From positions 1-41,359 of the IMG/VR virus record IMGVR_UViG_3300048856_000094: 41,359 nt of DNA; one strand, written 5' to 3'. Positions 8,419 through 17,800 of the stretch are shown in pieces (positions within the stretch are counted from its first letter, which is position 1; the number at the start of each line of letters is the position of its first letter). The notes beneath the pieces were generated by a model that was not told the origin of the DNA, searched no databases, and was given only the letters and a program-made list of their open reading frames with translations. Origin of the DNA: a virus. Lineage: Duplodnaviria > Caudoviricetes. A program made the translations under genes and the position numbers.

Positions 8419-9534
8419 TCAGCTCCAGGTGATGGCGCCGAGGGTGGCGAGCGAGCCGGTCGGCGCCACCACCGGGGCGATGGGCGAGACCAGCGTGTAG
8501 TGGCCGATGCCCGCCACACTGGCGAGCGCGCCGGTGATGTCGGAGGGATAGAGCGTGCCGCCCGGCTCCGCCGTGCGCCGCAGCATGCCGCGCACCGCCT
8601 CGGCAATGGCGGTGCGCAGCGTGGCGCTGTCGCCGGCCAGATCCGCGATGACGAGGGGCACCGGCAGGGGGTTGGGTGCGCAGCTAAAGACGATGGCGGT
8701 GACCGGCTGCAGCGGCAGGATGGCATTGGCCACCACCAGCTGATCGCCGGTCGCCGCAGCGGTGCGCGCCTCGCCGCTGGCGCCGCCATTGCTGCCCTGC
8801 GGGAAGCCGCCCTGGGCGGCGCGCACATCGTCCTGCATGGTGTAGATCACCACCGTGCCAGCGCCGGCGCCGTTCGGCGCCACCCAAGCGCGGGTGACGC
8901 CGGGCACCGTCTTGGCCCAGGCCACATAGTCGGTGGCCGAGCCACCCTGCGGCGGCGCGCGGTAGCGCTCCAGCATGCGGGTGCGGAAATCGCCTTCTGG
9001 CTCCTCATCGGCGCCGCCGGCGATCGGCGTCACCACCGTGCCGGTGGCATTCACCCCGGCCACGGCCGAGGCGATGACCATGCTGCCAGCCGCCGCCGTG
9101 CTGCCGGCGGCACCAGGCTCCACGGCCTGGACGGAGACCAGCACCTGGCCGGCGGCATCCACCGTGGCCAGCGCCGTGGTGACAAAGGCCGCGCCATCGG
9201 CCGCGCGAATCAGCCGGGTGCCGTCCGGCATGATCGAGCCGGGGGTGCCGCTGAACCGCACTGCCTCCTCGCCGGCGGCGGTGCTGGCGGCGATCGGGTA
9301 GATGCCCACCAGGGCCGCCCAGGCGCGCAGGAATTCGCCCGTCGCGGTGGCCGGGTTGGACTGCCGGGCGATCCAGTCGAGATAGCCATAGAGGCCATCG
9401 GCAAAGCCGGCGAAGACCTTGGCCAGGATGCGCAGCGGCGAGCTGCGCAGCAGCACGAAATTGCCCGTGCTCTGCGCCACGTCATTGGCGCCCTGCGCGA
9501 AGAGGGTCTTCAGGGTGGGGCGTTGAAAGGGCAT
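8419..9534 (-). CDS. Baseplate J-like protein (Mu gp47)
   Basis: MPFQRPTL start; GGADEE, PPQGG..DY..WA..VPGVTRAWV motifs. Confidence 0.92.
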   Translation of the reverse strand: MPFQRPTLKTLFAQGANDVAQSTGNFVLLRSSPLRILAKVFAGFADGLYGYLDWIARQSNPATATGEFLRAWAALVGIYPIAASTAAGEEAVRFSGTPGSIMPDGTRLIRAADGAAFVTTALATVDAAGQVLVSVQAVEPGAAGSTAAAGSMVIASAVAGVNATGTVVTPIAGGADEEPEGDFRTRMLERYRAPPQGGSATDYVAWAKTVPGVTRAWVAPNGAGAGTVVIYTMQDDVRAAQGGFPQGSNGGASGEARTAAATGDQLVVANAILPLQPVTAIVFSCAPNPLPVPLVIADLAGDSATLRTAIAEAVRGMLRRTAEPGGTLYPSDITGALASVAGIGHYTLVSPIAPVVAPTGSLATLGAITWS

Positions 9535-9538
9535 CGGC

Positions 9539-9988
9539 TCAGGCTCCCTGCCACGCCCAGGCGGCGGTGACGGTCTCGTGGGTGCCATCCTGGCGGTGGA
9601 TGACGATGGTGCCGGTGAGGCGCGAGGCGCCCTGCCAGGCGGCCGCCACATCGATGCGGGCGGCGATGCTGTCGGAGATCAGCCAGGCCAGGGCCTCGCG
9701 CATGTAATCCTGCGCCAGGCGCAGGGTCTCCGGCAGGCGCTTGGCGCGCCGCAGCAGCCAGAGGCGGGAGCCGATCGGCTGGTCATCCAGCAGGTCGCCC
9801 CACCAGCCGCGGCGGTCGGTCTCGCCCGGCGGCAGCTTGTCATCGCGGCCGGCGCGGCGGTCGGTGAAGAGGCTGACATAGACGGCGGTCACCAGCGGCG
9901 GCGCCTCCAGCAGCTCGCCCCCCGGCAGCAGCGTCCAGTCGGCGCTGTAGCCATCGGCGCTCCAGGTGATCGCGATATCGCCGCTCAT
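9539..9988 (-). CDS. Baseplate wedge protein, Mu gp46-like
   Basis: SLFTDRRA...RGWWGD...IGSRLWLL.RAK...EAL.WL. Confidence 0.92.
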   Translation of the reverse strand: MSGDIAITWSADGYSADWTLLPGGELLEAPPLVTAVYVSLFTDRRAGRDDKLPPGETDRRGWWGDLLDDQPIGSRLWLLRRAKRLPETLRLAQDYMREALAWLISDSIAARIDVAAAWQGASRLTGTIVIHRQDGTHETVTAAWAWQGA

Positions 9989-10494
9989 GCCACGGGCCCG
10001 CTGGTCTGGCTGTCGCCGCCGCGCACGCCACCATGGACATGCTTCTGCAGGCTGATCGCGCCGGCCACCACGTCGCCGGCGGCCTCGATGCGGCCGGTCG
10101 TCTTGATCAGCGGCGTGTCGATCTCCAGCCGGGTGCCGGCCTTGATGGAGATGACCCGGCCGCGCTTGAGGTGGACGTGGTCACCCTCGTCCGTGTGGAT
10201 GGCCACTTCGCCTTCCTGCAGCTCGATCTGGTAGCGGGCATCGTTGGTGGCGATGATCAGCCCCTTGGAGCGGTCGCCGAAGGGGAAGACCATTACCGCC
10301 TGGGCGCCCGGCAGTGGCCGCGAGGCGATGCCATAGTGGGCAACCATCGGCGTCTCGTCGCGGATCTCGGCGTCATCGATGCGCACCTGGGCGCGGCGGA
10401 GCGCCTTGCCGCCCAGCGCGGTGGTGGTCAGGATCCGCCCAAAGCCGCAGAGCGACAGCAGGCGGCCGCTCAGGCGCTCGATCGCGCTGCTCAT
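9985..10494 (-). CDS. Baseplate spike, Mu gp45/GpV-like
   Basis: YGIASRP.PG...GDRS; C-terminal SL..H.HGGV iron-binding tip. Confidence 0.9.
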   Translation of the reverse strand: MSSAIERLSGRLLSLCGFGRILTTTALGGKALRRAQVRIDDAEIRDETPMVAHYGIASRPLPGAQAVMVFPFGDRSKGLIIATNDARYQIELQEGEVAIHTDEGDHVHLKRGRVISIKAGTRLEIDTPLIKTTGRIEAAGDVVAGAISLQKHVHGGVRGGDSQTSGPVA

Positions 10495-11642
10495 GGCATT
10501 TCTCCGGCGCGGAGCTGCGAGGCGCTGCGCTGCATGTCGGCCAGCACCTGCGCGTCGAAGGGCTGCAGCACGACCGGCTCGGGCTCGAAGGCCTCGGCCG
10601 GCATCAGCACCAGCTCGGCGCGGGTGCCCTCGGCGCCACGCAGATAGGTCACATCGGAGATGACCCATTCCACATCGCTGATCTTGAGCTTTGGCAGGTC
10701 CAGCGGCACCCGCGCATTGGGCTCCCAGAGGCGGCCGGCGGCGTCGCGCCAGCTGTCCACCGTCGCCACCAGCATGCGGCCGCGGCCGTTGCGCCGGTTG
10801 CGCTCCCAGAGGGCGCGGCGTTCCGCGATGTCCTGGCCGAATTGCATCTGGTCGGAGACCAGCACCTTCGGCCGGAAGCGCCGGCCGGTGCCAGGCTTGT
10901 CGGCGCCCATGGTGATATCGGCCACCTGCACGCGCGTGTTGACCGTGTCGGCGCCGCCGGCGGCGTGGCTGATGTCCACCAGCAGATCGGTGGGCGACCA
11001 GATCACCTCATAGAGGCTGTAGCGCTGGTCGCAGCTGAAGGTGGCCTGCGCGCGCTCCACATTGCCCGGCAGGGCCAGGCCCGAGGCCATGCGGTCGGTG
11101 CCGGCGCGGGACAGCACCAGGTTCCCGTCAGCGCCCTCATAGGCCAGCATGGCCGAGTGGCGCGCGGCGCGCTCGATGATATCCCAGCAGGTCTCGGTCA
11201 GGATGACGTTGAACTGCGGCACCGCCAGCCCGTCGCCATCGCGCGCGGTGACGCCGATGTCGAAGAGGCCGCAGAGCTGCTCGATCAGCGCCCGGGTGCT
11301 GGTCTGCATGACCTGGTTGTGCGCGCCGCGCAGATAGGCGGAGCAATCCACCAGGTCCTGGCATTTGCCGCGCCCCATCGCGCGGATGACGTGGCTGCTG
11401 GGCGAGATCTCCGGGGCGTAGCGGTCGACATAGCCGGTCACCACCACGTCGCCGCCGATCAGCACCTGGCAGGGGCTGCCGGCGCGGATCTCGGCCGCCT
11501 CCGCCTCGCCGGGAAAGCGCTCGGTGAACTGGATATCGAAGTCGGAGGGGATGCGCTCGATGCCGCGGCTGACGCGGATGTCCTGCCAGCCGGACAGGCG
11601 CTGTCCTTCGGATACGAGCGTCAACTCGCCGTCATCAGGCAT
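10491..11642 (-). CDS. Baseplate hub, Mu gp44/GpP-like
   Basis: GW..IRV.RGIE, ITGYVD-like, GRGK..DLVDCS, LWEPN motifs; start taken as MPDDGEL. Confidence 0.9.
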   Translation of the reverse strand: MPDDGELTLVSEGQRLSGWQDIRVSRGIERIPSDFDIQFTERFPGEAEAAEIRAGSPCQVLIGGDVVVTGYVDRYAPEISPSSHVIRAMGRGKCQDLVDCSAYLRGAHNQVMQTSTRALIEQLCGLFDIGVTARDGDGLAVPQFNVILTETCWDIIERAARHSAMLAYEGADGNLVLSRAGTDRMASGLALPGNVERAQATFSCDQRYSLYEVIWSPTDLLVDISHAAGGADTVNTRVQVADITMGADKPGTGRRFRPKVLVSDQMQFGQDIAERRALWERNRRNGRGRMLVATVDSWRDAAGRLWEPNARVPLDLPKLKISDVEWVISDVTYLRGAEGTRAELVLMPAEAFEPEPVVLQPFDAQVLADMQRSASQLRAGEMP

Positions 11643-11732
11643 GACCAAACTCCACGGGAGGGTGTTTTGCAGTGGGGATCTTGCGGCGCGGCCGCCCCCT
11701 GTTTCGTTCGGCAGCAAGCGATGAGGCCGGTG

Positions 11733-11924
11733 ATGGCGACGTTGACGGAGTTGGCTGCCACCTTGACTGGACCGCTGGTGGTCGAACCAGGAACGGATGA
11801 AACGGAGGCGATCAGCCGCCACGTCTCCCGCTTCTTTGCTGTTCTCAAGGAACTTGAAGAGCAGACACGCCAGCGGAACCGCCCATCCATGCGCGACACC
11901 GACAGGCTCCCGAGGAGTCCCTGA
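11733..11924 (+). CDS. 63-aa hypothetical protein, antisense insertion in the tail operon
   Basis: Fills the gap between gp43 and gp44; GAGG before ATG 11733; amphipathic helix. Confidence 0.45.
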   Translation: MATLTELAATLTGPLVVEPGTDETEAISRHVSRFFAVLKELEEQTRQRNRPSMRDTDRLPRSP

Positions 11925-11929
11925 AGCCC

Positions 11930-12490
11930 TCAGCGGCTCAAGGCGCGGAAGGCCGGCGGCAGGAAAAGGGGATCTGGCGCATCGGCGTAGGCCGCCAGCT
12001 GATCGGCCCGCTCCAGGTCCTGGTAGCGGCGATAAGCCTGCACCAGGGCCGGCAGCGGCGCCGGGGTCTTCACCTCCACCAGCGCGGCCAGGTTGCCCGC
12101 CCGGGTGGTGAGGTCATTGGCCACGGCGGTCTTCAGCTTGCGCAGCGCCGTCACGGCCCCATCGTCAATGCCGCCGGCGGCGAGGATTTCCTCTTCAAGG
12201 AGGCCACAGAGCAGGTCCCGCAGGGCCACCGCATCGTCATAGGAGGCGGGGCTGCTGGCGGCGGCGGCGCGGGCCATCTCCACCAGGGCGGCGCGGCGGC
12301 AGAGCGCCGCCACGGCGGTCTGCATGGTCGCCATGGCCGTGCCGATCGTATCCGCCGCCGTGCTGTCATCCGGGCGGTAGCGGGCCAGCGGCGCCAGCAG
12401 GCGGATCCGCTCGGCCGGATCATCGGCCACGGCCGCCACGGCGGCCGCCAGGCGGCGCACGGCCGCCGCGAAGTCGCGGGCAGCACTCAT
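11930..12490 (-). CDS. C-terminal half of a Mu gp43/DNA-circulation-like protein, as a separate gene
   Basis: LPALV.AYR.Y.D..R...L......P.F.P C-terminal motif; ATGA overlap with the upstream half. Confidence 0.75.
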   Translation of the reverse strand: MSAARDFAAAVRRLAAAVAAVADDPAERIRLLAPLARYRPDDSTAADTIGTAMATMQTAVAALCRRAALVEMARAAAASSPASYDDAVALRDLLCGLLEEEILAAGGIDDGAVTALRKLKTAVANDLTTRAGNLAALVEVKTPAPLPALVQAYRRYQDLERADQLAAYADAPDPLFLPPAFRALSR

Positions 12491-13281
12491 AGCTTCGCTG
12501 CCAGTTTCTGCACGTCCTCGGATCCTTGTGAGACCGCTGCCTGCGCCCGGCTCAGCCGGCTCAGCCCGCCAGACACGGTGTTGTTGAGCTGGCTGATCTT
12601 CGCCAGCGGTGAGCGTGCCCCGGTCAGGTAGCGGCTCAGCTTGTTGCCGACACCCGGGATCACCGAGCCCACCGAGTTGATGGCATTGGTGGCGCTGCCC
12701 ACCAGGCGCGAGGCCGTGGAAGTCCAGCCGCGCACCGTCGCCTGCGCCTGCTTCACCGCCGCCATGCCGCTCTGCACGGTGTCCTTCACCGTGTCATAGC
12801 CGCTCTGCACCGCCTCCTTGACGCTGTCGAGGAAGCTGGTCTCGGAGGCCTCGTCGCAGGCATCGGCCGCCTCTGCGACCGCATCGGTGGTGGAGGCGGC
12901 GCTGGCGGGATAGAGGCGCTGCTCGCCTTCAATGAAGACGAAGCTCAGCTCCACCACCCGGCCCAATTCATGCCGGGCGGAGGTGCCGAATTCGACCAGG
13001 CTGACCTGGCGCAGGCCGAGCGTGGGATGCACCAGCTCGCCCGGGCCTTCCTGCTCGGCCGCCTCGATCATCTCATCCTGCTGCTGGACGACATCGTCAC
13101 CCACCAGGTAGCCCACCAGGTGCATGCGGCGTGGCCCGCGCCCCAGATCCTCGATCCAGACCGGATCGCGGAAAGGGTATTCATGCAGCGCGGTGCGCCG
13201 CCCGAAGCGGCTCTCGGTGGCCAGCACGTCGAATTCGACGCCGCGCCAGGAGGCCCGGCGCAGATCGTCTCTCCAGCTCAT
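12487..13281 (-). CDS. DNA circulation N-terminal domain protein (Mu gp43-like)
   Basis: WRD.LR.ASWRGV.F...GRR...HEYP.RD..W.EDLGR...G.LVHP.LG. Confidence 0.9.
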   Translation of the reverse strand: MSWRDDLRRASWRGVEFDVLATESRFGRRTALHEYPFRDPVWIEDLGRGPRRMHLVGYLVGDDVVQQQDEMIEAAEQEGPGELVHPTLGLRQVSLVEFGTSARHELGRVVELSFVFIEGEQRLYPASAASTTDAVAEAADACDEASETSFLDSVKEAVQSGYDTVKDTVQSGMAAVKQAQATVRGWTSTASRLVGSATNAINSVGSVIPGVGNKLSRYLTGARSPLAKISQLNNTVSGGLSRLSRAQAAVSQGSEDVQKLAAKL

Positions 13282-15335
13282 CAGAGCCCTCCTGCCATGG
13301 CGCGTTCCACCCGCACGCCGCCCTCAGACCGCGTGGTGGTGGTGGCGCGGGTGCCGGGCGGCAGCCCTTCCAGCCGCACCCTCACGTCCACCTGCTGCGC
13401 CGGCGCATTGGCCGGCGCGGCAGGAGGCGCTGCGGTGGCAGCCGGGGTCGGCGCTGTCGCAGGGGCCGGCGCCGCGGCGAACGGCGCTGGGGGGGCACCC
13501 GGAGGCGCTACCGCCGGCGCCGGGGCCGCCAGTTGCGGCAGCATGGCGGTCGCGGTGCGCGCCCGGGCCGCTGCCTCCCCCTCGGTATTCTTCGGCCGCT
13601 CATAGCGACGCGACACCACCGCGCCGGCCTCGGCCGCCGTGCGGGTGCCGCGCAGCGCCTCGCCGGCGGCGCGTTCGCTGCCCTCCGCCAGCTCGTGGTG
13701 GACGAAGCCCAGCTGCTCCTGGAAGGAGGCCTGCTGGATCGGCTTGCCCGCCCAGAGCCGGAAGGCGCGCTGCCGGTCCGGATGCCACTGCGCCAGGCCA
13801 AAGGCGCGACCGCCATCGCCGCGCGCCTGGTGGTCCAGGCCGGCGCCGCTCTCGTGCCGCAGATTGGCCACCACGCCGGCCGACTGTGCCGCCGTCCAGC
13901 CCTTCTCACGGAAGAAGCCGAAGGCCTCACGCTGCCGCTCGGTGGCTTCCTCGCGGGTGTAGGAGCGAGCCGGGCCGCCCGGGGTCAGGTTGCGCCGCAG
14001 GGCGGCCGTGAGGCCGCTCAGCACGCTGGGGGCATCAGCTCCCCCCGGATCAACCGCCGGGGCGCCGTAGAAGCCGCCCAGGGCGCCGCGCGTGCCGAAG
14101 TTGCGCCGCTGCTCGGCCTGCTTCTCCGGGCTGTTGTCGCGCTGCTCGCCCAGCTTGTTCATGGCCAGCACGCCGCCCACGGCGGCAGTGATGCCGGCGG
14201 CGCCGGTGACACCCAGCAGGCGGGCCACCCAGATCGGCAGCCGGAAGGCGCCCAAGGCCCCCAGCGCGCCCACGATGCCGGTCAGCGGTGACAGCAGCTG
14301 CAGCGCCAGCACAGCGCCAAGCGTCTTGGCCGCCGTTTCCCAGCCGCCCATCCAGGCGATGGCGCTTTCCACGCCCCGGCAGATGCCGAGGATCTGGTCG
14401 CCCAGCTTCTGCAGGCCGCCGCCGGAGACAAAGCGGTCCACGGCGCCGGCCAGCTTGGTGACGATTTCCTCGACCTTCTGGCCGATCATCTCGCGGTTGG
14501 CGGCGATCCAGTTGGCCAGGCGCTCCAGCAGCGGACTGATCACCGGCGCCAGGCGCTGGGCGATGGTGTTGACCAGGCCTTCGCCCGCCATCTGCAGGCG
14601 CGTCTGCGCCAGCTCGAATTTCTTGGCCGCCTCGGCGCCCTGTTCGGTCACCAGGCCAAAGCGGCGGGCATCCGCCTCCCACGCCCGCAGCCCGGCTGAG
14701 CCCTGCTTGAGGAAGGGCAGCAGCGAGGCCGGCAGGCGCAGCGCCGACATGACCCGCGCCTGCAGGCGCGGGTCGGAGATTCGCGCGATGCCGTCAGCCA
14801 CTTCGGGCAGCGCGGCGGAGGCCGAGCGCGCCTTGCCCTCGGCGTCGCGCATGGCAATCCCGAGCAGCTGGAAATATTGTAGGGCGGTGCCGTCGCGACC
14901 ACCCACGGCATCAGACAGGGCGTCGCCCAGGCCTTCCATGCCGGAGGTCATGTCCTCGGCCGAGGCACCGGCCAGGCGGGCGGCGCCCTGCATCGCCAGC
15001 AGGCCGGAGACGCTGGTCTGCACCCGGTAAGCCGTGGCGCTCAGCTGGGTGCCAAAGGCGGCCCAGCGGCTGGCCAGATGCACCACGCCGGCCACCGAGC
15101 CCGCCGCCGTCAGCGCGCTCAGCGGCGGGATGATCTGCGCCATGGAGCGGGCGACGCCGCGCGCGGCACCGCCCAGCGCCGTCAGGCCGCTCACCCGCGC
15201 GACATTGCTGCCGAGGCGGGAAAAGCTGCTCTGCACCCGCAGCGCCGAGGCATTGATGCGGGCCAGTGGCGCGGTGATGCCGTCCACAGCGCGCAGCGTG
15301 ACGCTGAGGGCGCCACCATTGACCGTGCTGGCCAT
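13281..15335 (-). CDS. Tape measure protein with C-terminal phage tail lysozyme domain
   Basis: AVDGITAPL N-terminus, Ala-rich helices; G...AQ.AG.VANL..ES...G.AQW...R...YERP lysozyme motif. Confidence 0.88.
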   Translation of the reverse strand: MASTVNGGALSVTLRAVDGITAPLARINASALRVQSSFSRLGSNVARVSGLTALGGAARGVARSMAQIIPPLSALTAAGSVAGVVHLASRWAAFGTQLSATAYRVQTSVSGLLAMQGAARLAGASAEDMTSGMEGLGDALSDAVGGRDGTALQYFQLLGIAMRDAEGKARSASAALPEVADGIARISDPRLQARVMSALRLPASLLPFLKQGSAGLRAWEADARRFGLVTEQGAEAAKKFELAQTRLQMAGEGLVNTIAQRLAPVISPLLERLANWIAANREMIGQKVEEIVTKLAGAVDRFVSGGGLQKLGDQILGICRGVESAIAWMGGWETAAKTLGAVLALQLLSPLTGIVGALGALGAFRLPIWVARLLGVTGAAGITAAVGGVLAMNKLGEQRDNSPEKQAEQRRNFGTRGALGGFYGAPAVDPGGADAPSVLSGLTAALRRNLTPGGPARSYTREEATERQREAFGFFREKGWTAAQSAGVVANLRHESGAGLDHQARGDGGRAFGLAQWHPDRQRAFRLWAGKPIQQASFQEQLGFVHHELAEGSERAAGEALRGTRTAAEAGAVVSRRYERPKNTEGEAAARARTATAMLPQLAAPAPAVAPPGAPPAPFAAAPAPATAPTPAATAAPPAAPANAPAQQVDVRVRLEGLPPGTRATTTTRSEGGVRVERAMAGGL

Positions 15336-15493
15336 CAGCCGCCTCCCTTGCCGGCAGAGCGCCGGCGCAGCTCGCCCACCCACCACAGCAGCTGCGTGAC
15401 GGGCAGGCGGTTGATCTCAGACGGGCCCCACCCGGTGCCGAAGGCGAGTTCGCTGATCAGCTGTCGCCAGTGGTGTCCGGGGAGGGCGGCGTA
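15335..15493 (-). CDS. -1 frameshift extension of the tail assembly chaperone (GT/E' type)
   Basis: The -1 frame after CCT-TTT reads YAALPGHHWRQLISELAFGTGWGPSEINRLPVTQLLWW..., stopping at a TGATG overlap with the TMP start. Confidence 0.8.
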   Translation of the reverse strand, partial: YAALPGHHWRQLISELAFGTGWGPSEINRLPVTQLLWWVGELRRRSAGKGGG

Positions 15494-15774
15494 AAAGGCG
15501 CGAAGTAGTCGGCCGCACGCTCCAGCACCCGCTGCGGCAGCTTGATCACCACCTGCATCGGCAGGCCGCAGACCCGCTGCAGCAGGGTGACGCCCTGGTC
15601 GATTGGGTCCGCCTTCTTCCGGGCCTCCAGCAGATCGGACACATCGGGCTCGCGCAGCACCAGGCTGTCGTAGCTCTTGGCGTTCCAGTCGATCGGCTTG
15701 AAGCGCAGCCGCAGCGGCGCGATCTCCTCGATGGTCTCTTCGGCCACCGTCAGGTCATGCTGCAGATCAGTCAT
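15457..15774 (-). CDS. Tail assembly chaperone (FluMu gp41-like)
   Basis: L.LREP...DL motif; lies between tube and TMP. Confidence 0.85.
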   Translation of the reverse strand: MTDLQHDLTVAEETIEEIAPLRLRFKPIDWNAKSYDSLVLREPDVSDLLEARKKADPIDQGVTLLQRVCGLPMQVVIKLPQRVLERAADYFAPFTPPSPDTTGDS

Positions 15775-16135
15775 CGCGCACATCCTCGCCTTCGAAGCGC
15801 ACCGAGAAGGTGGCCTCGGCCGCGTCCACTTCGGCGGAATCGACATGGCAGAGGTTGGAGCCGCTCACCCGCTTGCCATTGGCCAGCTGCAGGGTGATCG
15901 AGACCGATACCATGTCCTGGAAGCCCGAGAGCGAGGTGCCGGCCTCGTCGCGCAGCACCGCCTCGATAAAGCCCGGGATGATCTCTTCGCCAAAGCCATG
16001 GATGCGATCCATGCCCTTGAGCATGGTGCGCTTCACGCTGGCCACGCCATACTTCGGCTGGGAAACAAGGGGGTACTGGACACCATCGATCCAGATCCAG
16101 GCGCGCCCCGAAAGGCGCTGCATAGAACCCGACAT
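15767..16135 (-). CDS. Tail tube protein (Mu gpM-like)
   Basis: G.A.I.IDG, G.D..HG..E...PG.IE, L.LANGK motifs. Confidence 0.88.
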   Translation of the reverse strand: MSGSMQRLSGRAWIWIDGVQYPLVSQPKYGVASVKRTMLKGMDRIHGFGEEIIPGFIEAVLRDEAGTSLSGFQDMVSVSITLQLANGKRVSGSNLCHVDSAEVDAAEATFSVRFEGEDVRDD

Positions 16136-16141
16136 GTTGGA

Positions 16142-17614
16142 TTAACCCTCCGCGTTGCGGGGCTGAACCGCCACGGCGAGCTGCCGCAGCTGGTCGATGG
16201 GGATGATCGGCAGCAGCGCGTCCACGCGGCAGCGGTTGGCGCCATTGCGGCCCACCACCAGGCTGGCCTTGAACTGCTCGTAGCCCTGCACGAAGCCGTC
16301 CCGCTCCAGGGCGCGGTAGCGGCCCAGGATGGCGTCGCGGATGATCTCCGGCGTGACCACGTTGCTGCCGGCCGCGAAGTTCGTGCCGTCGCTGGCCAGC
16401 TTGAAGCGGCCAAAGGTGGTGGTGACGAAGGCGCGCAGGTCGCGGATCACATAGGCGATCGTGTAGAGCCGCTCGACATAGAGGAAGCTGTCGTCAGCCT
16501 GCCCCAGCGCGTTCTTCTGGTAGGTGGTGATGATGGTCTCGGTGGTGACCGTGCCATCATCGCCCACCCGGCAGGCGCTCAGCCCGTCCCAGAGCAGCAC
16601 ATTGCGCTCGGCCATGCTGAAGCGCTTCTCGATCGGCGGCGCCAGCACATCGAGCGCCAGGCCGTGCAGCGGCAGGCCGGGATCGGCGCGCAGGCTGACA
16701 GCGCAGGCGCCGCAGAAATTGGCCGCCATCAGCCAGGTCGGCGTCGGGCTGCCGTCGAGGGGCAGCACGCTGACATGGCTGTCATTGCGCGCCAGGCCGA
16801 AGGTGGTGGCGGTCGCCAGCGTGCCCCGGAAGGCCGCGAAGGCCCCGCCATAGAGCATGCGGTCCCAGCTCCAGCGCGCGGCCAGGAAGCTCTTCATGGC
16901 GTCCAGGCTGGCGGTGTCGATATAGGGCAGGGCGATGAAATCGAATTCCATGTCGCCCAGCGCCGCCAGCGCCGTGTCCAGCGCCGGATTGGCCGTGCCG
17001 CCGGCCATGGCCGTGATCGTCACCGCCAGGCCGGCCGGGGTGCTCTCGCCGCCGGCGGCGCCGAGATAGTTCAGCCGCAGGTCAATGTCGTTGCCCGCGA
17101 GGCCCTTGTTCTTGGCCGTCAGCGTCACCGTCGAGGTGGCGGCCGTGGCGGTGACCGGCAGGTCGCTGGCGGCATTGATCGCGGCAGCGATGGCGGTAGC
17201 CACCTGCGCCGTGGTCTGCGCGGCGGAGACCAGGACCTGCACCCGCATGCCGGCGATGTAGAGGTTGAGCGTGCCGGGGGCGGTGGGCGCGCTGGTCAGC
17301 GCCAGGGTGCCGGTGGCGGCCACGGCGGCGCCGGCATCGGCCAGCGGCAGCAGGTAGACCTCACCGAAGGTGTCGCGCTTGCGATACCACTCGGCCATCA
17401 GGGCCAGCATGGAGCCGGCGCCGGCGGCGGTCTTCACGCCGGAGACGCTGGAGAGGATGACCGGCTTGCCGGCCTCCAGCGTGCCACCGGCGAGCTGCTG
17501 GCCGATGATCAGCGTGCGCTGGTTCTGCTGGCCGGAGTTGGCACGGCTGTTGTCCAGCTCCGCGAAGAACAGCGGCAGGCGGAGGTTGGGCGGGATCTCG
17601 CGGAAGTTGACCAT
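16142..17614 (-). CDS. Tail sheath protein (Mu gpL-like)
   Basis: IP.NLR.PLFFAE.DNS.AN, LTAKNKG..GN.I, ITTYQ.N..G..D motifs. Confidence 0.95.
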   Translation of the reverse strand: MVNFREIPPNLRLPLFFAELDNSRANSGQQNQRTLIIGQQLAGGTLEAGKPVILSSVSGVKTAAGAGSMLALMAEWYRKRDTFGEVYLLPLADAGAAVAATGTLALTSAPTAPGTLNLYIAGMRVQVLVSAAQTTAQVATAIAAAINAASDLPVTATAATSTVTLTAKNKGLAGNDIDLRLNYLGAAGGESTPAGLAVTITAMAGGTANPALDTALAALGDMEFDFIALPYIDTASLDAMKSFLAARWSWDRMLYGGAFAAFRGTLATATTFGLARNDSHVSVLPLDGSPTPTWLMAANFCGACAVSLRADPGLPLHGLALDVLAPPIEKRFSMAERNVLLWDGLSACRVGDDGTVTTETIITTYQKNALGQADDSFLYVERLYTIAYVIRDLRAFVTTTFGRFKLASDGTNFAAGSNVVTPEIIRDAILGRYRALERDGFVQGYEQFKASLVVGRNGANRCRVDALLPIIPIDQLRQLAVAVQPRNAEG

Positions 17615-17790
17615 CAGGCCTGCGCCTCCGGATGCGGCGCGTCGGCCGGGGTGGTGACCTCGACCACGTCGCCATCAGCGAGGCGGCGCAGCCAGTAATC
17701 GGTGCGCGGCACCTCCCGCCCGTCATCGGGCAGGAAGTCGCGCAGCTCCGGGTCGCGCACGGCGACCCCGGGGCCGGGTTTCAGCTTCAT
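17614..17790 (-). CDS. Mu gp38/DUF2635-like small protein (not in ORF track)
   Basis: MKLKPGPGVAVRDPELRDFLPDDGREVPRTDYWLRRLADGDV; TGATG overlap with the sheath gene. Confidence 0.85.
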   Translation of the reverse strand: MKLKPGPGVAVRDPELRDFLPDDGREVPRTDYWLRRLADGDVVEVTTPADAPHPEAQA

Positions 17791-17800
17791 GGGGGGGCTC

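Noticed and set aside
7816-17790. Mu-like transposable phage
   Set aside because: Only the tail is Mu-like. There is no MuA/MuB, and packaging and replication are lambda-type.
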